A DNA stretch of 62,406 nucleotides, filler included, from Sphacelaria rigidula (Eukaryota), in NCBI GenBank assembly GCA_964200075.2. It is 7 parts of 7 records of this genome, joined end to end, with 100 filler letters (N's around TTAATTAATTAA, not from the genome) between each part and the next. Parts side by side here need not be neighbours in the genome. Positions count along the whole stretch, not along the records: positions 1 to 8,830 come from CAXNAA020010000.1; positions 8,931 to 17,760 come from CAXNAA020010001.1; 5 more parts are not named here. One strand, 5' to 3'. Shown in pieces: positions 1 through 13,223 of the stretch (positions are counted from its first letter, which is position 1; every line of letters starts with the position of its first letter). The notes beneath the pieces are model-generated. The model was not told the DNA's origin. It did not search any database and saw nothing but the letters and a program-made list of their open reading frames with translations. The position numbers and the translations under genes are program-made.

Positions 1-604
1 CTCGCCCTGATTGGACAGGTCGCCCCCAGACTTGTTTATTACTATTTTACTAACACGTCGTGAACGTGGTGTTGGTGAGCTTCAGTCCCGAAAGGATTAA
101 CTTGTGACATCCGAATATCCCCGTGCGACGGACAGCACGAATTTCGGTTCTTCACTTGCGCCCGATTCCACCCCGTTTTGACACGAAATCGTGGAGAACG
201 TCATGCTTTTGGTGAGAAAAAAAAAAGAGAGTCAAGTCCAGTCCTGACCACAAATTTCGCTGGAATACTGCACCGAGCATCTCACTCCTCTTACTACCCA
301 CTCCGGACACCCAACACCCTCCCAACGCATCCCACAAGCGAAAAACTCGGGGTGGGAGGCGGGAGACCACTTCGTCCATGTAAGCAACCAAAAGCGCCCG
401 CAATGTGTTGGTCTTGAGATGTGAGCTTTACGTGACCAGGTCTCTGGTCAGCTCAAGCAACAGGTCCGCACTCCGTCAGAATAACCACCGATTACACGCC
501 ATTTGGCCCCCCGGCACACCAACTGCTTGGCTGAGCTATTAGTAACTCGTTAGTCAGTCCAAGTAGCAGTCGTAAGCACTCATCCACACAAGCCACAAAC
601 TCAC

Positions 605-3600
605 CTGCAACTTGGCCTTAAGCTCACGGTTTTCTTCGATCAGCTCTTTCGTTTGCTCGAGCAAAAGAGCGTGGTCGGCCTCCATGGTAGGGTCAGCCTG
701 ACCGGTTCTGCCTGTGGAGGAAATACGGAGTTCCTCTGCCTGGGTCCAGTAGTACGTCTTCTCTTGCTCTAGCCTGCGTTTATCCTGCACCCACAAACGG
801 GATGAGAAGGAGGACGGATGGCGGAACAGCGAGGGGGGTTACACAATGGTTGTAGGTTGAGGTGCACTTCGGACAACACTTGCAGCAGTCTTCGTCTCGC
901 AACTCCGTTCTTAAAATGTAGAACAACAAGTAAATGCGAAGCTGATTTAATTTATCACGCATTTCCTTTCACGCAGCACCCAGGTACTGTGACGGTTTAA
1001 GAGTTACTCGTCTCCCCCACTCGTTCCCAGGGTGTGTGCACTGGGGTCCGTAGCAGTCAACTCCAAACATTTTTCCTGTGCTGCAGCAGCTGTGCGCACC
1101 GTGCTATACCCCACCCTTTTCTCTTCGGGCCAATTTTTTCATCAGAGGTTTTCTCTCCTCTTTTTTCTTCAAGGAAAGTGCGTCCGGCGAGAATCGAACC
1201 AGCGACTAACTTTGGTGACGGTTTAAGAGACAACCAGCTAGACTACTGACCAGTCGGCGCTTACTGGCCAGTAGTCTAGTTGGTTGTCTCTTCAACCGTC
1301 ACAGTACTCGTTCATAAACGAACACCCAATACCGAACACGCAACATCCTCCCAGCTCCCCTCCCGCCCCCCTGAAAGACGAAAACATTGAAGACGAGGAG
1401 GAGGAATACTTGTTACTTTTTTACTCATATTTTCAAAAATTGCGCAAACCCCTTTATTTAGACCCGCGGTCGAGGTGCACAGTATTCTTGGGTTATACAC
1501 ACAACAGACGTCACTCCTCTGATGGGAGGGTACCGTGCTAATCTCCGGGTGTGAGGGCGGGGGGTATGTGATCGAGTGATTTTACGGTAGGGGTGCACTT
1601 TTTAGCCCAAACCTTTTCCTGAGGCTGCACATCGAGGTCCAGATGTTTTGTCATCGAGAGGATCCTCAAGTATAAAGCCCCATAAGAAAACTGTTCACCC
1701 CTAACATACTAGAACCACTCGGTGGCGAACACTTGCAGAATCATATCCCCACGAACAGACACAAGAAACGAGACAGAGAATCGAGAAACGGCACTGGGCT
1801 GGTGTGCGCCAACCGCAGCTCCCGCATGCACAGACAGCAGCCGCACCTTTTTAAGCACGTGAACTTGGTCGGTAAGGTTCGCGTTCATCGCCTTCTGCGT
1901 GGAGAGACGTTGCTCCCAGTCATCCAAGTCCTTGTTGTACGTCTCGTCGTCGAGAGTGTGTGTCTCTCGGTACCTATCGAACTGCAATACATATTTATAT
2001 CGAGAGAGAGGGAGCGAGGAGGGGAGAGGAGGTTAACATTAACAAATAGGGTGTCCCTTGGATATCCGACTCGAGTGGCTAAAAGATAACGAGTCGCACT
2101 TTGCCGTCATTACCTTGCACTGTTTCGTTTCGTTTGGTGCGATCTCCTCACCTGAAGCCCTGCGACAGGGGCCTTCCGTTTTTGTTTGTTTATTTCCGGG
2201 ACCGGTGCTAGGCGATAGCTCGCTTGTCTTTTTTTTTCCAGTTGGGGGCGAGATGAGTCGTCTGCAGTTTACTCTGTAATTTTTTTCCATCTTTCCCTTT
2301 CCACCTTCTCGAGCTTCCTTTGGCGAATTTTTTCCGGTTAATTAACTTCGGTGTGCCTCGCTTTTGACCACGACTGGATTCGTAGCGAATCAGTGCATGG
2401 TAATGTGCGACGATCGACAAACCCTTACACGGCGATGCGGGTAGCCCATCTGGATCACGAACACTTTTTCGAGTGAAATTGATGTCGATTTAGCAGGTGA
2501 CCTACCCTCGCGGTCAAAGGGTTAAGCAAGCAGACCGAATAAACAACCAATCAATCCCACTAGAGGTATGAACAACACGGCCTGATTTTTGTCGCTTGTC
2601 ACACGTGAGGGGGACAGGGATTACGGGGGCCAAAAATCAACGTGCGCGAATGTGTCGAGTGAGTAGGTTCATGTGTGTACGTCCAATATGTACAAGAGAA
2701 ACAGGAGGAGCAACATTATGGTTAACAAAATGGAATGCAGATATTTTTCTAGCTCCTTCGTTCATCGATCGCCTCAATGGTGGGTAAATCTCAGTCGTGT
2801 TGCTGCAGAGCATCGTACCGCGCACCTCGCAAGATGAGTGAGTAGACTCCGTAGTCACCATACCAATAACTCTAAAAGCAAACCATACCTGCTGCAATCA
2901 AGAGCTAGGTTTCGTGCACGAACGACAACGTTGCTCCCGAACAAACCCCCGCCGATTCCCGGAGGTAATGACGCAAGAGAGAAAAATCAAGCACATGAAA
3001 GACCAACCCACCTGAGTCTGGAGTTTGGCTATACTTGACTCGGAATCGACCCGTACTTCCTGCACGAGCCTCTTCAGGGCCTCGATAGCCTCCAGCGCCG
3101 TGTTCTTCCCCGCCGCCAGCTCATCCTCGAGGTTCTGAATTTCTGTCAGAGCTTGGTCCTGCACATGAAGACCGGTCGAAGCAGGACGAGGTGGTTGGCG
3201 GGGCGGTGCATCGAACCGACCGTGGGCGGATCACCGATCAAACTCGTGTTATGTGCGCATGGGATCAACGAGTTTGATGCTTCATCGAACGCCTGCGCTC
3301 AATCGCTGCTACAACCTTCGGGAGGGAAGGGCGGGGGGGGGGTTGCTAAGCGGGAACGTGCGACATTTGCAGGAGAGTGACGCCACCCTGTACAGTGGAG
3401 GTCCACCTCGAGCAAATTGTGACCTGCGCACTACGTTTCATGCACCTGGCAGATTCCCTGCACGCACAGCCAGGGTAAATAAAACATGGGTACGTACAAA
3501 TACATCCGGACAACATGGATACACACCAGGCACAGCAAACACGCGGGACACACCTTCAAGCGAGCCTCTTCCGCGCGTCCCTCCTTCTCCTCGGCCGTCT

Positions 3601-6600
3601 CTTCCTGCGCAGAGGCCAGCATCGCCGCGGCCGCTCTCATAGCCTCCTCCAACTCCTCGGTTGCTGCCGTCCTCACCTCCGCTATCTCCGCCTCCGCCGC
3701 CCTTCGAACCTCCGCCACTTCCGCGACCACCCTCTCCAGCCTCATCGCTCCTTCCTCCTTCTCCTCCTCCATCAACTGTTCCATCTCCCTCTTCTCTAGA
3801 CCCCACTCCTCAACAGCCGCCGCCATTTCCTCCGCAGCTCTCTCCGCTTCCCTCGCGGCAGCCTCCTGGACGTCCCGAATCTCCCCCTCAAGGCGCGCTT
3901 TCTGCGTCGCGTGTTCCTCTGCAACCGCCGCCGCCACTTCTCGAGCCTTCGCCGCAGCTGCTTCCATATCTTCGCGCAGTCCTGCGGCGACTGCGGCAGC
4001 ATCTGCAGCTGCTGCCGCCAGTCGCTCGGCGCCGGCCAAACGCTCCGTCTCGAGCTCCGCCGCCCCCGCTTCTTCGGCGGCGGCAAGAGTCTCGGCGGCT
4101 TCACGCTGGGCCGCGGCAAGGGCGGCGGCGGCGGCTGTCGCCGCAGCGCGCGCATCCTCCTGCAGCTGAGCGACCTCGGCGGCATGAGCGGCGTTGAGGG
4201 CGACTATTTCGGCCTCAAGCTCGGCGATTCGCTCGCGGGCGGCGGCGAGTGATGCTTCGGCGGTGTCCGCGCGTTTGCGCTCGCCGACGAGCTGTTCGTG
4301 GAAGGAGTCTGCCAGGCGGTCGGCGTCGTCGGCGCGCTGTTCTAGTTCGTGGATCGTTTCTACGGTGTTGTAGTTGACCTTTTCGGCAGCGAGATGGGTA
4401 GGTGAGGAGATGATCCGGTTACATCAAGGCAGGGTGGGCTTTGGATGTGATGGGTTGCGCAGTGCAGAATTCGAGCGAGGACGGCGTGTGGGTGTGGGCT
4501 GAGACACAAGCCACGCGCATGTACGTGTTTACATTTATGTACTCATATATAGAAATATATATATATATACCTTCGGCTGGCAGCGTATGCGTGTTCCGCT
4601 CCGTGTGCGAGACCTTGTGATGTGGCGCCGAGTCGCGGACAGATTGATTGGTTTGTCGTCGGACATAAGGTGGTCCGCTAGGCCTACCCGAGTCAAAAAC
4701 ATATACACCGCAAACCTCGTCAAAATCTCGAGCAGAAACGAAAACATGAGACTATTCGCCTCTTTCTCATGTGCGCGGCTAAAGTTACGTCGGGGAGCGA
4801 TAATGCTGAGGAACACGTCGCCTATGGCGTCATCATCAAAATTCGGTTTCAGCAGCGAATAGGCAAAGTTTGCACACCACTTCAAGGTACGTACTAAGCA
4901 ATACGACGGCAAAAAAACTCGCGAGTACACCCTGTTGTACGCGGTACAGCCCATCGGTTATTTTATTTTACTTTCCATCCTTTGAAGATACGAGCAACGA
5001 AGTTGGCGCAAAATAACAACATTCCGTGTAACCCGTCGAACATATTCTTCTTATCGCACTGTCACCCCCCACCCCTTCCTCGGGATGAACAGGTAGCCTC
5101 AAAACTTCAATCAATCTCTCCCCCAATACGCCTCCTACATTTTGGTGTCGCGGATTGGATCATGACCATCAGCACTCCCTCACCGCGTCGCCCCTCATCA
5201 AACAAACGCAGCCGAACGGACTCTTCTCACCTCCGACGAGTCTTCAGTGATGGTTCACGACTACTACGACTAACTTCGAAATACGGCGACGACGAGAAGT
5301 CGACTGCTACGACAAAATTCGAAAAATGACGACGACTGAGAGTCCATGCCTAGGATTATACCCGAAAAAAATAGGGACAACTCCGCGTCGACTCGTACGA
5401 CTCCGAGTTGTAATCGTTGGACGTGAAAAAACGTAGCCAGGGGGTGCGCAAAACCTGAGCACCCATTGTCATCCACACAGGCAGGGTGCGCACGGCAGCA
5501 ACCTCGTTTGCAAAAGCCTCAATAATCCCCTGCTTCGGAATACCTCACAACGGTAACCTTTCGAGCAAGATGTCTAGGCTGGAAAGGCACCCCACTAGAC
5601 AGATGCACGTCAACCACTGCTGTGACACCTTCTGCGCAATGGAGTACGTACACATTCGAACGGTGTTCCGGATCACCCACACGCAACTGCAGGCGGGAGA
5701 ACTCGAGTTTCTATGAAGGATAGGGACCGTGCCGTACTATCATCATGAAGGGGAACCGTGCAGTACTCCCGCCATCCATGAGGGGGTGCAGGGCAACATA
5801 CACTGAGTATAGGACCTAGGGGTGTCTGAAGCGTGGAGAAACTATCGATTTCACCGGCACAATCTTTAGAGCACTGTTTGCGCTCCTCGTAGTGTTCTGT
5901 ACTGCTCCAGTTGGGAACGCGCTGAATGTATCCTACTGCACTGTACAGCAGTATACCGTACTGTAGTACCGTTGTACTGTGCTGTGCTGTACGACGGCCA
6001 CTACATGTACTGCACGGATTTTTGTACAGTCGACACATGTATTGTACTGGATGTTGTAGATGTTGTACTGACTGTACCCCACCCGCGTTCTGAAACATAG
6101 ATGAGGTACCCGCTGTTTGCTCAGGGGTACCCGCGTCACTGAACGACGGATATACAGAGGCGTGCAGCAAAATAAAGTTAATTTCGCACGCGCTCTTTTC
6201 GGGGTACCTGCGGGTGCAAATTTGGCTCGGTAACTCTTATCCGAAAAATTGTTTTGCACTCTAAGAGTAAACTACTAAAGCTCGTTAAATGAGGGACAAC
6301 TAAGGGTCGCCTCCTGCGACTGAATTCGTGAAATGGCAAACAGTCGTCTTCCACGACTAAATGTGAACACAATGACGACTGATTCGACGACCACGAGCCC
6401 ACAACTGTTGCGCATAGTCGTTGGACGTGTAAGACTCTTTTTGGTGCCGGAATCCCCACGCTTTCAATGACGGATGTCAGATACTTCGCAGAAAAAATAC
6501 AAACGAAGCGCATCCGGCGGAAAAAGAGCACATACGTTCCCGACCTAACGGCGTGAGTTGTATCGTTCCTCCTAGACCACCGGGGTGCGGCGGCCCACCG

Positions 6601-8460
6601 CGGAAGTGCTAATTCGATGCCCAAGGATAACAGTGTAAGACAGGTACCAAGGCGTAGACAGATTGATATCTTGAGACTACGGACCTGGCTTGAAGGAGGG
6701 CGAGCAAGAGCACATTCTGTGTATTTCTCGACACTACGGAAACGAGCAACGTTTTGTAGGGTGCCTTGAGCAAAGCTCTTACGAAAAGCATGTAGACAAA
6801 CACCATCACGCAGAGCACAGTAAAGCACGCACGCACGCGTGCCCTCCCCCCCCCCCCCCCCCCCCCCCACCAAAAAAAACCCCCCCCCCCCCCCCCCCCC
6901 CCCACCCCTGTTTCCCCCCCCCGCCCCGCCCCGTCCCCCGCTGAGCTCCGGGTTTAGCTCCGAAACACCTAGACACAACGGCGGAATATATGCGTGAAAG
7001 GACACGGCGATAAACCACACAGTATGTAGAAATAGATGAACGCTGGGGATCTTGCGGCGGGCAAACCCAGCATCGCAGTCAATTTGCGTAATACGACGAA
7101 AAAAGCGCCGTACATTACGCCAGACGCAGGAGACTGGTTGTCACACATGAATAGCTAGGATCGCTCGTATTTACTGACATTTGAAGAACGGGGGCAGGGG
7201 AGGAGGAGGGACAAACGGAGCAGGAGTTGACCGCCTGACTTCTTCCGGCGCACATCCTATCGAGGCACAGAAACACAACCCAGTACGGCATGGGCAAGGC
7301 GAAAATGAAAGGCGACAGGTTTCGATCGCCGTGTTTCCACGAGCGAAAGACATACGATAGCCAACAGATCGACCAACAGATCGATCAATCAATCAACGCA
7401 GCAACGCAGCAACGGAACGGAACGGAACCGTGGGTATACTGCTTTTGACGTCAGCCACATTCGCCCACCTTGCCCAATGCCACATCCTCTGGCCTCCTCC
7501 GCTTCTGCCTTCTCCATCTCTCTCCTCTTCAGTTCCTCGTGGAGCCGGCGGTGCTCGTCCCTCACAGCCCCCGATCCATCCGTAAGAGCCCGCACCTCGG
7601 CCGTCAGGCGCGACACATCTTCTTGCGCTAGCTTGAGCTCTCTCAGCTGTTACGTATGTGTTTGCAGCAAGGGAGGGGAAAGGGGGCAACAGAAGCGTCC
7701 AGGTACACCTCCATGGATATATTCACGCACATACAATATATCTATAACAAAGCAGCAGCAGCAGAAGGAGCAGTGACAACAAACCCGCGATGGCTACCGT
7801 CCGACCCGTGTTCCGTATTTGCACATGCGACATGCACGGGAAACGTCGTGAAGGGGGATCCTTTCACGCGTACATACATTAGTCACGTTGCAACGGTGAA
7901 ACCTGGGGTAGATGAAGCACTGCTCATAGGGACGCAAGCACTGCTCATAGGGGCGCAAGCACTGCTCGTAGGGGCGCCGGGAAGGGGAAGGTAGAGACAT
8001 CATCTAGGCAAAACATGCCAGAAAAAGTCGACACGAATGTCACGTGTAACTTTCAGAACCATCTGAGTGCGACTCATGTCTGGGTTCTTCCGCTATTATA
8101 AGCGCAATCAATGCGTGTTCAGCCATTGCAAGCGACGGCAAGGAACCACGAATATGGCACGATTTCACGGACTAGCCGCGCTACAAGAACTAGCTCGACC
8201 TGCATAGTTGCGTCCGCAGTGACACTCGTTCCCGGTGCGTTGGATGCTCACCCTTCCCCGCACGCCGTATTTAAACAACCCTGTCAACAACGACAAAAAA
8301 ACGTTGATCCCTAATCGCACACTTTATTTGTTATTTTTTACACCTGCTCCCGGTTCGCCATTTCTGCCTCGGTCTTCCCGCGGCGGTAGGTGTCCAGTTG
8401 CCGACGTAACCCAGGAATTTGGGAAGTTTCTTCTTCTAGGGCGAGGCACCGGTCTAACAC
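605..8460 (-). CDS. Hook-family coiled-coil microtubule/dynein adaptor, partial multi-exon gene (both ends outside the contig)
   Basis: Exons at 8344-8460 (VLDRCLALEEETSQIPGLRRQLDTYRRGK, Hook-like), 7469-7646, 6968 to ~6940 (GVSELNPEL, 3' end corrupted by a G-run), 3554-4378 (Ala/Glu-rich coiled coil), 3012-3158, 1847-1981 and 605-784. All readable boundaries are AG/GT with matching phases. Family call is from remembered motif similarity, not a search. Confidence 0.7.
987..1304. mobile_element. MITE, Tc1/mariner-type, in a Hook intron
   Basis: TA|CTGTGACGGTTTAAGAG ... CTCTTCAACCGTCACAG|TA: terminal inverted repeats with a TA duplication, plus an internal ~40-bp-arm hairpin at 1215-1302. Confidence 0.75.
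2422..2521. mobile_element. ~100-bp piggyBac-like MITE, copy 1
   Basis: CCC...CGCGGTCAAAGGG|TTAA right end; homologous along its length to 18639-18741. Left TTAA is not preserved. Confidence 0.55.
7918..7977. repeat. 21-bp tandem repeat, about 3 copies
   Basis: GCACTGCTCATAGGGRCGCAA repeated. Confidence 0.85.
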
Positions 8461-8771
8461 CTGGCGAGGCATCACATCCATCACATGGGCGCCAGACGAG
8501 AAAAGACGAGTTTCGATCAGATGCGGGTCCGCGAGATTAAGACAGTCAAGTACAGACGACAAGCGCTTGCCGAGCGTAAACCGATTGCAGTCTGCAGAAG
8601 TGGGCCAACTCTCAGACAAGGACCACTGAGTGATGCCACGATGGTCCCCGCCCCAGAAATGGCCGATTTGAGGACGCAAAATCTACACGTGAACCAACAT
8701 GACAGAAGCCGAGCACACAGATCGGCTGGGAACTCCTACGGTTGGGATCGTTTCCGCCATGTTCGCCCATG

Positions 8772-8775
<4 letters not shown>

Positions 8776-8830
<55 letters not shown>
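8776..8830. repeat. (GT)n microsatellite at contig end
   Basis: Direct observation. Confidence 0.95.
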
Positions 8831-8930
8831 NNNNNNNNNNNNNNNNNNNNNNNNNNNNNNNNNNNNNNNNNNNNTTAATTAATTAANNNNNNNNNNNNNN
8901 NNNNNNNNNNNNNNNNNNNNNNNNNNNNNN
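8831..8930. other. Artificial contig linker
   Basis: 100 bp of N with central TTAATTAATTAA (stops in all six frames). Confidence 0.97.
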
Positions 8931-9210
8931 CGAACGACTAAGGCAAGTAACGAATGAGTACGCCCCCCCCCCTCCCTCTCACGACTTCGGCATGCAAGAT
9001 CATGAGTACCCCCCTTTCCCCCCCCCGCGCTAAACTCGAAGTAAAACGGACGAATGCGCTACCAGGGCCGTTTGATGGATGTGTAGATTGATTGATTGGT
9101 GCACAATAAGTGATTCTGGGAAGTATCAAGTTGCGGTGAACACATTCTAGACGCACGTACAGATTGTACAGAAAAATTCGTGAGAGGAACCTCGAGAAAG
9201 GTGAAGATAA

Positions 9211-9258
<48 letters not shown>

Positions 9259-9706
9259 CTGAAAAACGAGGAACAGAACAAAATCATATTCAGAAACAAA
9301 AAATCAACACCACAAACAGAATAGAAAACGAAATAAAGCAAAACATACTAATATACAGCGGCGGCCCGCTCATAAGGAATGAGATTGTGAGAAAATCAGG
9401 AGGAGATTTTACCCCCCTAATATGAGAAAGTGTTCAGCCTCAGCGATGAGTGCTACACCAAGTCCAATGCAGAGAGGGCCAATATCAACCAGTGCATAAG
9501 ATATTTGAAAGCCGGCCTGATTATGATCTTCAATTTTTCATGAACAGGCCGCTATTGTACTTACTGTATAACGAACACAAAAAAAAACAGTCTCGCCGTT
9601 CATCAAACAACGAACATCGCAATAACACTTACGATGAAAAAAGCGAATCACCCACCCACGCACACCCTCTCGTCTCCTCCCCTCCCCCCCTCTTCCATTC
9701 TCTTAC

Positions 9707-11526
9707 CCTCAAAGTGTGCGTTCCCAGCTCCTCCAGCGTTTGCTCTACAATCATGTCCAGGTTCTCCGAGGGCTGTAGGGCCGGCGCCGGATTCTGACGG
9801 GCTACGCTAGCCCCACGCTCCATCCTCATATCTTCCAGCTCCACCCGAGCGCTCGGCGACTGGAGCTTTGCGGAGAGCGACGCGTTTACCAATACTGTCG
9901 CTGGGAGATGGTTGAGAACACTGCCGTGGTTGCAAGGGGATGAACGCCCCCCGTGAGGGAGAAGGGTCGTGAGGGGAAAGGTCAGGTGATGGGAAGCCGC
10001 GGTGTGGGGAGATTCTTGTGTAAAATTGGTTATGCGGCTTCCAAGTGACCGTTGACGAGCAACCCTTTGCAGGAACACTATGTTTTTCAGCGTCTCTACA
10101 ATTGCGTTCTTCTCAACCGTGATGGAGACATGACGAAGGAATCGTTGAGTACGGAAAAAAAATGTGGAGGGAACCGGGCTGTGTGAGATATGCTTTTTGT
10201 ATGTATATCGCTAATGCCGTGCTGAGGGTATTTTTGAGATAAAAATACCTGCGCTGTGGCGGCCAAAAAGATGTGGTGGTGGTGAACTCTTTGAACGCCC
10301 GGAAGTCAAATTGGACGATGAACGAACAGGGGATTGGAGGGGAATCGCTTTTTTTTGTTTTGTGGAGAGTGGAGAGACAACGCCTACACAGAAAAAAAGT
10401 CGTTGCCACACAACTGTGCCGCGCGTTACCAAAAGCGTGTTGCCGTCGCACCGCAGTCAGCCAAACAGAAGCGGTGGTCGCACCCACAGTGCATCTGATA
10501 ACGCTTGTGCGGGGATGTCATCACACACAACATGATGATGCATCGGAAAAAAAGTACGTGCGCACTTTCTCCTTCTTGGACCATGTGAAACGGTTGCTAC
10601 AATACATGTCTACCGGGTAAAATATGTAGTTTTGCATCACTCGCTTCCAACCACCATAGTCTTGTAAATAGCGTCATTTCACGCCTACAAAAATCCTTCT
10701 TCAGAACCTCGAGGCACCGACAGCGGGCGAAATATCGCATGAGAAAGTATGGGCGTTCGAAGGATGAAGCAACCGCGCGTCAGAACTGGTTTCGGAAAAT
10801 GATACGCGGTACAGATGTGCGTGCACACATGTACGACCAGCGATTGTCTTTTCAACGTTTTTGGTTTACTTTTTTTGCATGATGCATACATCGCCAAAAC
10901 CTAATACCACTAGCAAAACGCATGCGACAAAAACCTGAACCTCTGCCCAGACTGTTCTCTCCACATATGATACTCCCTAGTTTGTGAGCTGCAGGTCCTA
11001 TACTCTTGCACTGACGACACACTCCACTTCAAGTTTTCTGCGGCAAGATATGGACACCGATCACTATCAACCAATCACTATCAACCCATCACCTGATGTA
11101 AGCAGTGAACGCCTCCCCGAGATAAATATTACCGAAGCTGTCTGGCAGTTTGAGAGCGCTGCTCAGCGCAAACCCGTCCTCGCTGTTAGCAGCTCTCCCC
11201 ACCCCGTCTACACCAATAACCCCGGCACCCCTCATCCCTGCCCCCGTCCCCCCCGCAGCAGCCCTCGGTGCCCCTCCGACGCCCACCGTACACCTCGGCA
11301 ATACACGCGGAGTATTCAATCGGGGCTTGTAGAGCCGCATCACCCTCAACGTGGGCTGCTTATCGCTATAGTCTGTTGGGGCCCCCACGGCAGCCCCAGG
11401 TGTTGCTGGCGTGGCGGGGGCAGTGGCCACAGGGTGATGCTGGTGCTGGTGCTGGTGCTGATGGGTGGGGGGCGGCGGGGAGTATACAGGAGTACCCCCT
11501 CCCTTTGTACTGGGTGTGGCGACCAT
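9707..11526 (-). CDS. TRAPPC13: Trafficking protein particle complex subunit 13, 5' part (exons 1-2)
   Basis: Exon 11093-11526 starts at ATG and contains PTLRVMRLYKP and LKLPDSFGNIYLGEAFTAYI. It splices in phase 2 to exon 9707-9920 (SVLNH...AKLQSPSARVEL...LEELGTHTLR). These match TRAPPC13 N-terminal motifs. Confidence 0.92.
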
Positions 11527-13223
11527 ATTTTACTGTGTTTGACGTTCAGTTGTATTGTGTTGCTCCTTGTTACGGGACGGTAATCTTGGGAGGCCGAAGT
11601 CGTGGGCTTACAGGAAAGTATGCTTGATATTGCTTTTGGGTGTGGCGGAGTGTTTTGGAGCTGGCGCAGCTGTGCGCCTACTTCCACAAGTGAAGGTCGC
11701 CTATCTTTTGTTGTGTGAACTATGTGCGGTTGTGCGCCCGTACGCTGTGCAGTAGCGTATGCCACTACTTGTGCCTGCGATGCCACGCAGTGAGTGCCGG
11801 AGCTCCTTCTCCTTCGTTAAGCCAACCTCAGTGCCCTCCCGTACACCTCTCTTGTTGCCTGGGATATGTTGTGTCTTTGTTCCTGTTGTCGCCTTTGCCA
11901 GAGATTGCAATTCCAGGGAGGTCTATTGCTACGGAGAAATGATGCTGCCGCTTGCACTCCTAGAGCAGCCTTTCAAGCAGAACAACTGGCGGTGCTGCTC
12001 CTACCGCTGGGGGATCGAGAGAACTATGCAATCCAGACGATCAACCCCAGTGTTGCACAACAGCGGTGGTGGTATTCTACGATAGCAGTAGGTTGGCATT
12101 CGATTGACTATAGTAAATCAGTAGCAGCAGAAGCAGCAGAAGCATTACCAGCGACAAAAAAGCTGAACTGGTCACCCGCAAATCGTATCGCTCCCCGCTC
12201 CCTCAATGCCTTCGCCGTCGTTTGTGCCTGCTGTATTACTGTACTGTACCGTGCCCGGGCCGAGTCTCTCCCCAGCACCCTCGACTGGGCAAAGTGTACA
12301 CCCGCAGCACGTCAAGTGCAGCACTGCTGTCACCTCGAGTGGCTCTGTCGTAGCCAAATAAGCTGCAACAGCAAAATAACTAGTAGCGGTAGAAGCTAGC
12401 CTGGTATTCCGCAGCGCTGTACGGTACCCATGCACCACCCCGATACCTCTGCCTGTCCAGCGTGTCTGCGGTTCCGGACATGCGGCGTAATTAGGATTCA
12501 CGTACGTCCCATCACATATCCTGACCAGAGGTTCGAGCGCACAGGAACAGCGGTGCAGGTGTTATTACTTCTTTCTCGCTGCGAGATACTCCGTCTTATC
12601 TCGTGATAGCCTGATTACTGTATGGAATCGAGGCTTATCACTCTTTACCACGACTGGGTGAGCTCGTTCGATCGTGTGCTGTACTGTAGATAATCGGAAT
12701 AATACCGTGAGTTCGCAGATATCCACTGCTGCCCCAAACGCCGGCTTGAACGGGATGAGGTTCTAGGACTGGGCGTGTTGAGAGGCGTGACTGGCTGTGT
12801 CAGGATACCGCAGAAGGGGAGAGTGGGAGAAATATGGAGACATGGCACCATCTTTGCTTGCCTTCCGAGGGGAAGTGTGTGTTTAAGGCGTTGGTGGTTG
12901 CAGAGGAAGCGCGACTATGGTACCCGTCCACAAAAGGCTCGACAGATCATGAACCTATTTTCAAGATATTGTATATATATACGTTTGTGTACAGCAGCTG
13001 AACCATGGGGGAATGTCCAAAATCTTACGCTGGTTGAATGAATGAAGCACCTTGTGCCTCTGCTTCAGCTTGTGTAAAACGATCCTACTACGGTGCCGCC
13101 TTCCTGAATTCCAATATACCCGCAGTACAACGGTTGGGGGGGCGGCGTTGAGAGCGCGTTTAGTACTACTGTGCGCACTCAGTGAAGGAGCTGCTAAGAA
13201 AAAATATGCTGCACCATGGTTCG

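Noticed and set aside
3486..4252. Long plus-strand ORFs rich in Ser/Ala/Pro
   Set aside because: Antisense shadows of the GC-rich coiled-coil exon on the minus strand.
8875..8886. Palindromic TTAATTAATTAA recurring every ~8.93 kb
   Set aside because: Embedded in N runs; an artificial six-frame-stop linker rather than a biological periodic repeat.
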